Source: Eubacteriales bacterium (GTDB lineage Bacteria; Bacillota; Clostridia; Oscillospirales; RGIG5299). Taken from it: DNA of 53,618 nucleotides. The position numbers and the translations under genes were made by a program. The DNA is taken from contig JAZQKU010000085.1 in the NCBI GenBank assembly GCA_045542315.1, positions 1 through 53,618 on the forward strand, read 5' to 3'. Positions within the stretch are counted from its first letter, which is position 1. Every line of letters starts with the position of its first letter. The notes beneath the pieces were generated by a model that worked only from the letters and a program-made list of their open reading frames with translations, ran no database searches and had not been told where the DNA came from. Shown one piece after another: positions 29,793-37,861 of this stretch.

Positions 29793-29825
29793 GAAAAAAG
29801 CATCGACTTTGTCGGTGCTTTTTTC
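29793..29825 (+). terminator. Terminator-like hairpin after the CGCCTCCACCA end
   Basis: GAAAAAAGCATCGAC-TTT-GTCGGTGCTTTTTTC. Confidence 0.75.
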
Positions 29826-29828
29826 AAC

Positions 29829-30006
29829 TAAATCCACCCTTGCGGGTGGGTGAAATATTGCTTTGCAATGTGAAATACGCCTGCGGCGTGTGAAATTCGC
29901 CTCGACGGCGAGTGGGTGGATTTAATTTCATTTGATGCGATAGCATCTAATTTCACAATTTACGGAGTAAATTATTTCACCGTGAGCGTAAGCGAACGAT
30001 TTCACT
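29829..30006. repeat. GTGAAAT/ATTTCA(C) box array with mini-hairpin spacers
   Basis: GTGAAAT at 29850, 29870, 29890. ATTTCA(C) at 29925, 29950, 29974, 29999. A different short hairpin follows each GTGAAAT box and separates successive ATTTCA(C) boxes. Confidence 0.85.
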
Positions 30007-30113
30007 AAAAGAGTTCAAATTTATACGCAAAAGTCAAAAAATGATTGTACAGTTAATTGAATCTTGCAATTAAAACCACATTTAAAAAAATTGGACAAAA
30101 TACGTTTTTCCTA

Positions 30114-30142
30114 TTGCAAAAAAAATCTATTTATATTATAAT
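30114..30142 (+). promoter_or_regulatory. Sigma-A-type promoter for the islet genes
   Basis: TTGCAA, 17-bp spacer, TATAAT. Confidence 0.6.
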
Positions 30143-30200
30143 TAAGGAAATATATATTCAAATTTAGATATATATTAATAAAATGTTACGGAGGTAAATT

Positions 30201-31694
30201 ATGAAAACGAAAAAAATCATTGCGTTTTTCCTTTGCATTGTTCTGTTCGTTTCGATTTTTGCGGGCTGCACAGATCCGAAGGTGGTTACGACCGAAGACG
30301 TTTACAATGTATTGGATCACGGCCTTACGGCAGACGGTAAAACCGACGTTTCCGCGGCGCTTTTGAGTCTTATTGAAGAGGCTGAAAAAACCGGCGGAAC
30401 TCTGGTATTCCCCAAGGGCACCTATTACGTTGAAGCGGGAGAAATCGCTATTTCGCAAAATATAGGCATCACGCTTCTTGACGGTGCAAGCTTTAAACTT
30501 AATGACGGCACTGCCTTCAATGTTGCAACCGGCGCATTTTCGGCTCCTAAAGCACAGATATTTGCCGGCAACGGTGTCATTTCAGGATTTGTAAACGTTC
30601 CCAACGTTTATTCCGAGTGGTTCGGCGCAAAGGTAAATGACGGAAAGGACGATTCCGACGCCGTTCAGAAGGCTGTTTCCACCGGCGGCAAGGTAACCTT
30701 CCTTGAAGGAAAATATAATATAGACAAATCGGTTGTTCTCGGAAATATTGCGGGTGGCGTAGTCGATATTTACGGTGCGGGAGCAAACAAAACCGAGCTT
30801 ATTTTCGGAAATAATATAATCGGCTTTGATGCGCACAGCAACGGAATGACTCTTGCAAAATTCAATGCATACGGCATCGCATTTTGCGAGAAGGATAATG
30901 CCAAAACCTCAACGGCGATCAAGATAAGCAACCCGGCAATAACCGCAAGAAATTGCCATTTCGAGGGTTTGAAGACAGGAGCATGGTTTGACCACGCCGG
31001 CGGTCATTTTTCGAACAACACCGCAAATGATTGCGAGGTAGTTTACGAAATTTCCGATTTTTCAATGTATATTTATTTCAGCAAATGCGAAGCAGTAAAA
31101 TGCGGCACTCTTATTAAAGCGATCGTATCTCCTTCTGGTGGATATTCAAACGGAATCCTCATTCAGAACTGCAAGAGCGTTGACGCTTTTGCAGAGGACA
31201 TTTACCTTACCGAAAATCAAGCGGTCTGGATTGCAGACTGTGAGTTTATCGGCGGTACAGGGGGTATAGCTTCCGTTTACTTTAAGTCAAATACTGACTC
31301 GGGCATTGAAAACTGTGTTATTTCCTCTGCAAAGGGAAGCGATAGAGTAGGTATCTATTACGATGCCAGCTTCTACTGCTCTATTCAGGAAAACACTATT
31401 TCAGACTGCTCCGAGGCTATTCGCTTAAGCGGCGGCGGCGCGATGACCGTTACTGATAACGTTATTTCCGGAAGCTCCAAGTGCGAGCTTGCGATCCGTT
31501 CGCAGTACAATATTTTTGTTGCAAGAAATCTCTTTAAATCAGAGCTTGAAAAGCCTATCGTTTCAGAAAAGGTAAATAAAAAGATAAATATTATTGAAAA
31601 TACCTTTGCAGCTGCCGAGCACGATATTGCGGCAGGCTTTTCGGGAAAGAATATTACGGCTGAGGATAATATCTTTGGCTACAGCTTTAACTAA
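30201..31694 (+). CDS. Lipoprotein with right-handed parallel beta-helix (pectate-lyase-superfamily / tailspike-like glycan-active protein)
   Basis: Signal peptide with lipobox FAGC. YNVLDHGLTADGKTDVSAAL and EWFGAKVNDGKDDSDAVQKAV N-terminal motifs. Beta-helix-like I-x-N-x-I repeats (IQNCK, IENCVI, IQENTI, VTDNVI). Confidence 0.75.
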   Translation: MKTKKIIAFFLCIVLFVSIFAGCTDPKVVTTEDVYNVLDHGLTADGKTDVSAALLSLIEEAEKTGGTLVFPKGTYYVEAGEIAISQNIGITLLDGASFKLNDGTAFNVATGAFSAPKAQIFAGNGVISGFVNVPNVYSEWFGAKVNDGKDDSDAVQKAVSTGGKVTFLEGKYNIDKSVVLGNIAGGVVDIYGAGANKTELIFGNNIIGFDAHSNGMTLAKFNAYGIAFCEKDNAKTSTAIKISNPAITARNCHFEGLKTGAWFDHAGGHFSNNTANDCEVVYEISDFSMYIYFSKCEAVKCGTLIKAIVSPSGGYSNGILIQNCKSVDAFAEDIYLTENQAVWIADCEFIGGTGGIASVYFKSNTDSGIENCVISSAKGSDRVGIYYDASFYCSIQENTISDCSEAIRLSGGGAMTVTDNVISGSSKCELAIRSQYNIFVARNLFKSELEKPIVSEKVNKKINIIENTFAAAEHDIAAGFSGKNITAEDNIFGYSFN

Positions 31695-31708
31695 AGGAGG
31701 AGAAGAAG

Positions 31709-33337
31709 ATGTTTAAGAAAATAGTTTCAATTTCACTTGCGTTAATGCTTATTCTCGGTCTTGCCTCCTGTGGCGGTTCGGAAATGAAGATTTCGGGCGT
31801 GCAAAGCCAATTCTATTCCGAGCCTAATGACATAACCAATCCCATTTCATTCCCCGACGTTAAGACGATCGTGGGAAATGAGAAAAACCTTATCGACGTT
31901 AAGGCTCACGGCGCAGTATCCGACGGTGAAACCGACGATACCGCTGCTGTAAACGCAGCAATCGAAGCGGCTTCGGCTGTAAACGGCATCGTTTATTTTT
32001 CGAGTGGAAAATACCTTGTCGGAGATATAGTTGTTCCTGCAAACGTAGCCTTTGCAGTTGCCACTTCTGCAACCGTTACCGTTAAAGATGGCTCAAAAGC
32101 GGTTATCAACAGCTCCGATATTTATCTTCCCAAAAAAGCGGTTTTGGCAGGCGCATTCGATTTCACCGGCGGCGTAAACTACGCATATCCGGAGTGGTTC
32201 GGCGATGGAAGCAAGGGTATTCAAGGAGCAGTAAATGCGGCCGATAAGGTTTACCTTATGAGAACCAACTACCAAATAAAAGAAACTGTAATAATTCCTC
32301 AGAGCAGAAATATTGAAATTATCGGCTCCTCTAACACCGCAACCGTAATTACAATGGCCGGCGAGAAGCTCTCTTACGTATTCGAATATATTTATGAAAG
32401 CGGTGCTGCTTCAAATCTTTCTGTCTCGTTTATCCGTATTGTTGATAACACGGGAATGAATTTCATTAAATTCTATGGCAACCCCGCAAACAACGAAGGC
32501 AAGCTTGAAATTAATACTATGCGTATCGAGAACGGCGCTGACACTACTATTTCTGTTGTCAAAAACTCAACAGGCTCATTCTATGAGGAGATCTTTGCCG
32601 CGAATATTAAGCTCCTTGCAAAATTCGAAGGAGGCGTCAACGATGTAACCTTCAGCAGAGCTCTCAGCTTGAGTAATATGCAGGGATTTCTCGAGGCAGA
32701 CGGTGCCATCAACGGAGAGGGCGTTTCCAAGAAGCTTTATTTCCATAACTCAAGCTCTGTCCACGTAAAGGGTATTGATTTTATAATTTCAAATTATGAG
32801 GACGTAACCTTTATTCACAGCTCCGGCGACCTTGGTGAAAGAGAAACCAACGAGGCTGCTCTTAAGATGACCAATGTTAATGATTTTGAACTTACCCGTT
32901 GCTGGTGGGCTTCAAACACAGGTCTTTCCTACGGTGCGGAGTATGGCATTGCAAGAAGCAGAATAGGCGTTTACCTTATAAATTGCACCAACGGTAAAAT
33001 CAACGGCAATTCCATTGTAAACCAGTGGACAGGCGTAAAAATCGTTGGCGGAAGCGATATTTCTTTAGAGGGCAATACATTCCAGGGCTGCGGTCATTCC
33101 GAACTCACTCTTGACGGTGCGAAGGACGTTACCGTTCAGGGAAATACCTTTATGTCGGGTGGACAGTTTGCTATAATGAGTGCAGACGTTAAGGATCCTG
33201 ACGGAATCTATCTTATAGAGTCCTTGTCAACGAATGAAAACATTATTTTCAAGCATAATTTCATTTCTAAAATCACCCGTGCAGGCGATGCCGCAAACGG
33301 CGACGTTCCCGGTTTTACTTTACATAACAACGTATAA
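31709..33337 (+). CDS. Lipoprotein with right-handed parallel beta-helix (pectate-lyase-superfamily / tailspike-like)
   Basis: Lipobox LASC, IDVKAHGAVSDGETDDTAAVNAAI, YPEWFG, INGNSI/LEGNTF/VQGNTF repeats. Distant paralog of the upstream gene. Confidence 0.75.
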   Translation: MFKKIVSISLALMLILGLASCGGSEMKISGVQSQFYSEPNDITNPISFPDVKTIVGNEKNLIDVKAHGAVSDGETDDTAAVNAAIEAASAVNGIVYFSSGKYLVGDIVVPANVAFAVATSATVTVKDGSKAVINSSDIYLPKKAVLAGAFDFTGGVNYAYPEWFGDGSKGIQGAVNAADKVYLMRTNYQIKETVIIPQSRNIEIIGSSNTATVITMAGEKLSYVFEYIYESGAASNLSVSFIRIVDNTGMNFIKFYGNPANNEGKLEINTMRIENGADTTISVVKNSTGSFYEEIFAANIKLLAKFEGGVNDVTFSRALSLSNMQGFLEADGAINGEGVSKKLYFHNSSSVHVKGIDFIISNYEDVTFIHSSGDLGERETNEAALKMTNVNDFELTRCWWASNTGLSYGAEYGIARSRIGVYLINCTNGKINGNSIVNQWTGVKIVGGSDISLEGNTFQGCGHSELTLDGAKDVTVQGNTFMSGGQFAIMSADVKDPDGIYLIESLSTNENIIFKHNFISKITRAGDAANGDVPGFTLHNNV

Positions 33338-33409
33338 GTACTAAACAAAACTCAATAATATTATTTTGGGATATATTTAGGGCTTGGGGATTTTTGTACT
33401 AACACCACC

Positions 33410-33459
33410 TCGCCCAAGGGAGCATAAGCGAGCGCGAGAAAATCCCTTCAGGCGGGCCA
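33410..33459 (+). repeat. 3' fragment of the tRNA-linked element plus tRNA-Arg 3' end duplicate (attR-like)
   Basis: TCGCCCAAGGGAGCATAAGCGAGCGCGAGAAAATCCCTTC matches copy 2 (29743-29782) with one mismatch, then continues AGGCGGGCCA. Confidence 0.88.
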
Positions 33460-33462
33460 AAT

Positions 33463-33492
33463 AGCCCCGCACCTCTTTTGAGGTGCGGGGCT
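33463..33492 (+). terminator. Hairpin after the distal tRNA 3' duplicate
   Basis: AGCCCCGCACCTC-TTTT-GAGGTGCGGGGCT. Shares the GCACCTC/GAGGTGC core with the hairpins at 29428 and 29613. Confidence 0.7.
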
Positions 33493-33559
33493 TACTTTAT
33501 AAAACCTCTTGAATTCCTCCCTACGTTATGTTATAATGTAAAAAAGTGAGGTAGAAAAA

Positions 33560-34684
33560 ATGGAAAAGGTCGATTTAAAAAAGCGAAGCTCCTTCGGCGA
33601 GAGGGCAAGCGTTATAGGAATATTTGTAAATCTTTTGCTCGCGGCGGGTAAAATCGCGGTCGGCGTTCTTTTCGGCATTGCCTCGCTCACCGCCGACGGA
33701 ATAAACAACCTCACCGACTGCGGAAGCAGTGCGGTATCGCTTCTTTCGTTCAAGCTTTCCTCAAAGCCCGAGGATAAGGAGCACCCCTACGGCCACGAGA
33801 GGATAGAATACATCTGCTCGGTTGCCGTTGCGGTCATTATTCTTTTGGTCGCCTTTGAAACGGCTAAGGACAGCATTTCAAAAATAATCACACCGCCCGA
33901 AATGGAATTTTCTCTTTGGGTAATTCTCGTTTTAGCAGCTTCCATTTTGGCAAAGCTCGGACTTTTCCTCTTTTATCGCATTACGGCAAAAAAAATAAAC
34001 TCCGATATTCTCAAGGCCGCTTCGGTTGACAGCTTGAGCGACTGCATATCGACCGCCGTCGTTCTTCTGACGGTTATAGCCGCAAAGCTTTTCGGAGTAA
34101 ACGCCGACGGCTATGCCACGGTTTTCGTTGCGGCATTTATCGCATGGTCGGGCATCGGAATTTTAAAAGAGACACTTTCGAAGCTTATAGGGCAGGCTCC
34201 CGACGAGGAGCTTATCCGCGATATAAAAAGACGTATTACCTCGAGAGAAGGAGTACTCGGCGTCCACGACGTTGCGGTATATTGCTACGGACCCAATAAA
34301 TTTTTCGTAAGCGCACATATCGAGGTCGATGCAAGCGTTGACGTTTTGAAATCGCACGAGATGGTTGACGATATCGAAAGGGAATTTTTCACCGAAACCG
34401 ATATGATACTCACGGGTCACTTAGACCCAATCGTTACCGACGATGCGGAATTAAACGTTATGAAGGAGCGCGCAACAGAGGCGGTAAAGGAGCTTGACGC
34501 ACGCTTTTCGGTTCACGATTTCAGGATGGTAAAGGGCGAACGCCGCACAAACGTCATCTTTGACGTGGCGATTCCCTTTGACGATGAAATATCACCGCAT
34601 GAAATAAAAAACGTTTTAAAGGAAAAGCTTTCGGCTGTAAATTCAAAATACGCTTTCGTTATAACCGTTGAGCATACGCTGTAA
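33560..34684 (+). CDS. Cation diffusion facilitator family transporter
   Basis: ADGINNLTD, PEDKEHPYGHERIE, DSLSD, C-terminal dimerisation domain with HLDP. Confidence 0.92.
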   Translation: MEKVDLKKRSSFGERASVIGIFVNLLLAAGKIAVGVLFGIASLTADGINNLTDCGSSAVSLLSFKLSSKPEDKEHPYGHERIEYICSVAVAVIILLVAFETAKDSISKIITPPEMEFSLWVILVLAASILAKLGLFLFYRITAKKINSDILKAASVDSLSDCISTAVVLLTVIAAKLFGVNADGYATVFVAAFIAWSGIGILKETLSKLIGQAPDEELIRDIKRRITSREGVLGVHDVAVYCYGPNKFFVSAHIEVDASVDVLKSHEMVDDIEREFFTETDMILTGHLDPIVTDDAELNVMKERATEAVKELDARFSVHDFRMVKGERRTNVIFDVAIPFDDEISPHEIKNVLKEKLSAVNSKYAFVITVEHTL

Positions 34685-34696
34685 AGGAGAATTGAA

Positions 34697-35071
34697 ATGA
34701 TAAACAAGATAGAAACCGAAAAAGCGCCCAAGGCAATAGGCCCCTACTCGCAGGCAACCGAGGTCGGAGGATTTATATTCACCTCCGGACAGATCCCGCT
34801 TGATCCGGTAAGCGGGGAAAAGGTTGGCGAAAATATAGGTGAGCAGACGCACCGCGTTTGTAAAAATCTTTCCGCTGTGCTCGAGAAAGCGGGAAGCTCA
34901 CTTGAAAAGGTTGTAAAGACCACCTGCTTTTTAAGCGATATGGCAGATTTTGCCGCATTCAACGAGGTCTACTCGGAATATTTCGTTTCCAAGCCCGCAC
35001 GCTCCTGCGTTGCGGTCAAGGCGCTCCCTAAGGGAGTGCTCGTTGAGATTGAGGTAATTGCGGAAAAATAA
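34697..35071 (+). CDS. ridA: RidA/YjgF family reactive intermediate deaminase
   Basis: [35 protein letters not shown]. Confidence 0.93.
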   Translation: MINKIETEKAPKAIGPYSQATEVGGFIFTSGQIPLDPVSGEKVGENIGEQTHRVCKNLSAVLEKAGSSLEKVVKTTCFLSDMADFAAFNEVYSEYFVSKPARSCVAVKALPKGVLVEIEVIAEK

Positions 35072-35103
35072 CCGCAAAAAATAAAATACGGAGGTTTTAA
35101 ACT

Positions 35104-35622
35104 ATGCCAAACCCTATTTGGAGATACCTGTTTATTGCGGCAGTTATCGGAGCGATAATTGCAGTGATCGTGTTGATCGTTAAAAAGATAAAGGGGAAAC
35201 CCGCTTCGAACTCCGAAAGCGAACCGGAGACTCCTTCCGCTCCGCCCACACCTTCTCCTGCGGCGTTTTCGCGTCCTACGGCTTCGGCACCTACCGCGAA
35301 GATATTTATAAACGGCGGACGTCCCGCGGGGGCAATGATGGGCAGGCTCTATGTCGACGGAAAGCTGTTCGCCCTGCCTTACAGCGAGGCACCGATAGAG
35401 GTAACTATCCCTGCCGGATACCGCCACATCGTTATCGAGGGCGGCGTTTACGGCGACGCGAGAATTGACCGTACAGTTCACTTTGACAGCCTCGACGTCC
35501 TTACCGTCGATATGCCGGGAGAGGCCGACGCCGACGTTATAAGACATCAGATGATAAGCTATTCCGAATACCGTGGCGCGATAAGAGATTGCGGCTACAC
35601 GGTAACGAGAAAATTTATGTAA
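35104..35622 (+). CDS. Hypothetical membrane-anchored protein with Pro/Ser linker
   Basis: GGAGG RBS, N-terminal TM helix, PETPSAPPTPSP linker, small beta-rich domain. Confidence 0.7.
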   Translation: MPNPIWRYLFIAAVIGAIIAVIVLIVKKIKGKPASNSESEPETPSAPPTPSPAAFSRPTASAPTAKIFINGGRPAGAMMGRLYVDGKLFALPYSEAPIEVTIPAGYRHIVIEGGVYGDARIDRTVHFDSLDVLTVDMPGEADADVIRHQMISYSEYRGAIRDCGYTVTRKFM

Positions 35623-35623
35623 A

Positions 35624-35650
35624 AAAAGGCTTCCCACGGGGAAGCCTTTT
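35624..35650 (+). terminator. Rho-independent terminator
   Basis: AAAAGGCTTCCC / GGGAAGCCTTTT. Confidence 0.75.
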
Positions 35651-35723
35651 AAATTCTACGGAGCGTGGGTTTACTTTTTTCGTAATATCTCGTATAATAA
35701 GGCTGTAAAAAGGAGGTAATAAA

Positions 35724-36359
35724 ATGAATCAGGTAAAAATCGGAGATTTTATTGCAACGGAAAGAAAACGACTCGGGCTCACTCAAAACGAGCTTGCGGA
35801 AAAGCTCTCTATCAGCAATAAAACGGTATCGAAATGGGAAACGGGAAGGGGACTTCCCGAGGTGTCGCTTATGCTGCCGCTTTGCGAGATATTGGGCGTT
35901 ACGGTAAACGAGCTGCTTGCGGGAGAGAGAATAACCGAAAACGCCGAGAAAAAGGCAGAGGAAAACCTCATGCTGCTACTTGAAAGCAACGAGAAAACAG
36001 ACAGAGGGAAAAGAATATTTCTGTCGGCGTCGGTAGCAGTGCCGCTTTCGGCGGCGGCGTGGCTATTGTGCTTCGCCGACAGCAACATCTGGCAGATCGG
36101 TGATATTCCAACACCTCTCACGGCGGTCTATCTTTTAACGGGATTTGCTTTGATATTCGGAACGGCGTTTTTCGGACTTCTCGGCTTCTTTCTCCGAAAA
36201 CCGCTGATAACGCTCACCGCCGTGCGCCTTGCCCTTCTTACCCTTATAATTCTCGGCATCGCATATTCCGAAACACTGTTTTTTCTCATCTCGGCGGCAG
36301 GCATAGCATTAACGCTTGCTATTTCAATAATGGTTGCAATAAGAAGGAAAAGGCGCTGA
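35724..36359 (+). CDS. XRE-family HTH regulator with C-terminal TM helices
   Basis: RKRLGLTQNELAEKLSISNKTVSKWETGRGLP followed by hydrophobic segments. Confidence 0.88.
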   Translation: MNQVKIGDFIATERKRLGLTQNELAEKLSISNKTVSKWETGRGLPEVSLMLPLCEILGVTVNELLAGERITENAEKKAEENLMLLLESNEKTDRGKRIFLSASVAVPLSAAAWLLCFADSNIWQIGDIPTPLTAVYLLTGFALIFGTAFFGLLGFFLRKPLITLTAVRLALLTLIILGIAYSETLFFLISAAGIALTLAISIMVAIRRKRR

Positions 36360-36373
36360 GCCTTTTCCTTCTT
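36341..36373 (+). terminator. Terminator overlapping the XRE stop codon
   Basis: AAGAAGGAAAAGGC / GCCTTTTCCTTCTT. Confidence 0.7.
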
Positions 36374-36456
36374 ATATATAATAAACATTATAAAAAACAC
36401 CGTTTTCGTCAAAAAAATAAAAAATGAAAAAAATATAATTTTTTTGCAAAAAGGTA

Positions 36457-36485
36457 TTGCTTTTTTTGAAAATATAGTGTATAAT
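36457..36485 (+). promoter_or_regulatory. S10 operon promoter
   Basis: TTGCTT, 17-bp spacer, TATAAT, preceded by an A/T-rich UP-like tract. Confidence 0.7.
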
Positions 36486-36491
36486 GTTTCG

Positions 36492-36790
36492 GCATGACTG
36501 AATAATGCGTTGATGCGGGAGGTTGCCGATAAGGTATTTACTGCACCTTTTCGGGTTTTTCCGCGGAGTAAGTCCGATGCAAGACGTCGGGCGGCAGGCA
36601 ATCGGTACACAGATTAAAAGCGGGCCATCTTTGAGCCGCGTTCTTTAATTGATGTGTTAGTTGCTCCGATTTTTTCATAGGGAAAAAATCGGTTTTATTG
36701 TGTAAAGACAAAAAACGCACGGAACGGTGTACACAAGAAAGCCTGCGAATAGGTCAATGAAATATCTCAAAGAAAGAGAATTTAGGAGGC
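36492..36790 (+). promoter_or_regulatory. Long structured S10 5' leader (candidate clostridial r-protein leader RNA)
   Basis: ~300-nt untranslated region between the promoter and rpsJ. Contains pairings such as GGTTGCC/GGCAATC and CCGATTTTTTC/GAAAAAATCGG. Confidence 0.5.
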
Positions 36791-36796
36791 GTAAAA

Positions 36797-37108
36797 ATGG
36801 CAGTAAAAGAAAAAATCCGCATAAGACTCAAGTCCTACGATCACACTCTTATCGACCAGGCGGCCGAGAAGATCGTTGAGACGGCAAAAAGAACCGGCGC
36901 AAAGGTATCGGGTCCGATTCCGTTGCCCACCAAGAAGGAAGTCGTTACAATCTTAAGAGCAGTCCACAAATATAAGGACAGCCGCGAGCAGTTCGAGCTT
37001 CGCACCCACAAGAGATTGATCGACATCGCAAAGCCGTCGGCAAAAACCGTAGAGGCACTCACAGGTCTTGAATTGCCCGCCGGTGTCGAGATCGAGCTTA
37101 AGCTCTGA
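36797..37108 (+). CDS. rpsJ: 30S ribosomal protein S10
   Basis: [23 protein letters not shown]. Confidence 0.98.
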   Translation: MAVKEKIRIRLKSYDHTLIDQAAEKIVETAKRTGAKVSGPIPLPTKKEVVTILRAVHKYKDSREQFELRTHKRLIDIAKPSAKTVEALTGLELPAGVEIELKL

Positions 37109-37216
37109 TTCGCATCGCTTACATTATAATAGGTAAGATACACCGAGGCAAACACCCCACAGAAATGTGGTCACGTTGGCGAAATGCCAACCAATAACTG
37201 CAAGGAGGAAAAAACA

Positions 37217-37843
37217 ATGGTCAAAGCAATCATCGGAAGAAAGATCGGTATGACCCAGATCTTCACCGAAGAGGGCAACGTAGTTCCGGTAACTCTCATC
37301 GAAGCCGGTCCCTGCGTTGTAGCGGGAAAGAAAACCGCTGAAAAGGACGGATACGACGCCGTCGTTCTCGGATACAAGGATATCAGCGAGAAGAAAGTCG
37401 TAAAACCCGCAAAGGGTGCCTTCGATAAAATGAAGGTAGCATACAAGAAGTATCTCAAGGAATTCAAGCTTGACAACGGCGCAGACATGAACGTAGGCGA
37501 CACCGTCGAGGCTGGAATCTTCGCAGTAGGCGACGTCATCGACGTAACCGGTACCTCAAAGGGTAAGGGATACAGCGGCACCATCAAGAGATGGGGCACT
37601 CACAGAGGTCCTTCCGCACACGGTTCGGGCTATCACAGAGGTCAGGGCTCCATGGGCGCTAACTCCTCTCCCTCGAGAGTATTCAAGGGCAAGGTAATGC
37701 CCGGCCAGCTCGGTAACGAGCAGGTAACGGTAAAGAATCTTGTTATCGTCAAGATCGATACCGAAGCAAACATCATCGCTGTTAAGGGTGCAGTTCCCGG
37801 TGCAAGGAACGGCATCGTATCAGTAAAGAAAATCAAAGCGTAA
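37217..37843 (+). CDS. rplC: 50S ribosomal protein L3
   Basis: GRKIGMTQIF, DVTGTSKGKG. Start MVKA after AAGGAGG. Confidence 0.97.
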   Translation: MVKAIIGRKIGMTQIFTEEGNVVPVTLIEAGPCVVAGKKTAEKDGYDAVVLGYKDISEKKVVKPAKGAFDKMKVAYKKYLKEFKLDNGADMNVGDTVEAGIFAVGDVIDVTGTSKGKGYSGTIKRWGTHRGPSAHGSGYHRGQGSMGANSSPSRVFKGKVMPGQLGNEQVTVKNLVIVKIDTEANIIAVKGAVPGARNGIVSVKKIKA

Positions 37844-37861
37844 GGGGAAGGAGGATACACC

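Larger units (their letters stand above)
29428..33459. mobile_element. ~4 kb integrase-less genomic islet at the tRNA-Arg 3' end
   Basis: Bounded by the 19-bp direct repeat AATCCCTTCAGGCGGGCCA (29409-29427 and 33441-33459). Cargo looks more AT-rich than the flanking housekeeping genes. No recombinase gene inside. Confidence 0.7.

Noticed and set aside
29135-29837. Short ORFs across the repeat region (29135-29626, 29554-29760, 29628-29837) and the similar ones at 52631-53050
   Set aside because: They overlap tRNA genes and repeats and lack ribosome-binding sites. Their mutual similarity simply reflects the DNA repeat.
29409-30006. CRISPR array interpretation of the tandem repeats or the GTGAAAT array
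   Set aside because: Units are ~180 bp and mostly conserved, or 7-bp boxes with 13-19-bp self-complementary spacers. Neither fits CRISPR repeat/spacer geometry, and there are no cas genes in the window.
35724-36359. XRE regulator as evidence of a prophage
   Set aside because: The HTH-plus-TM architecture is a common chromosomal type, and there are no phage genes nearby.
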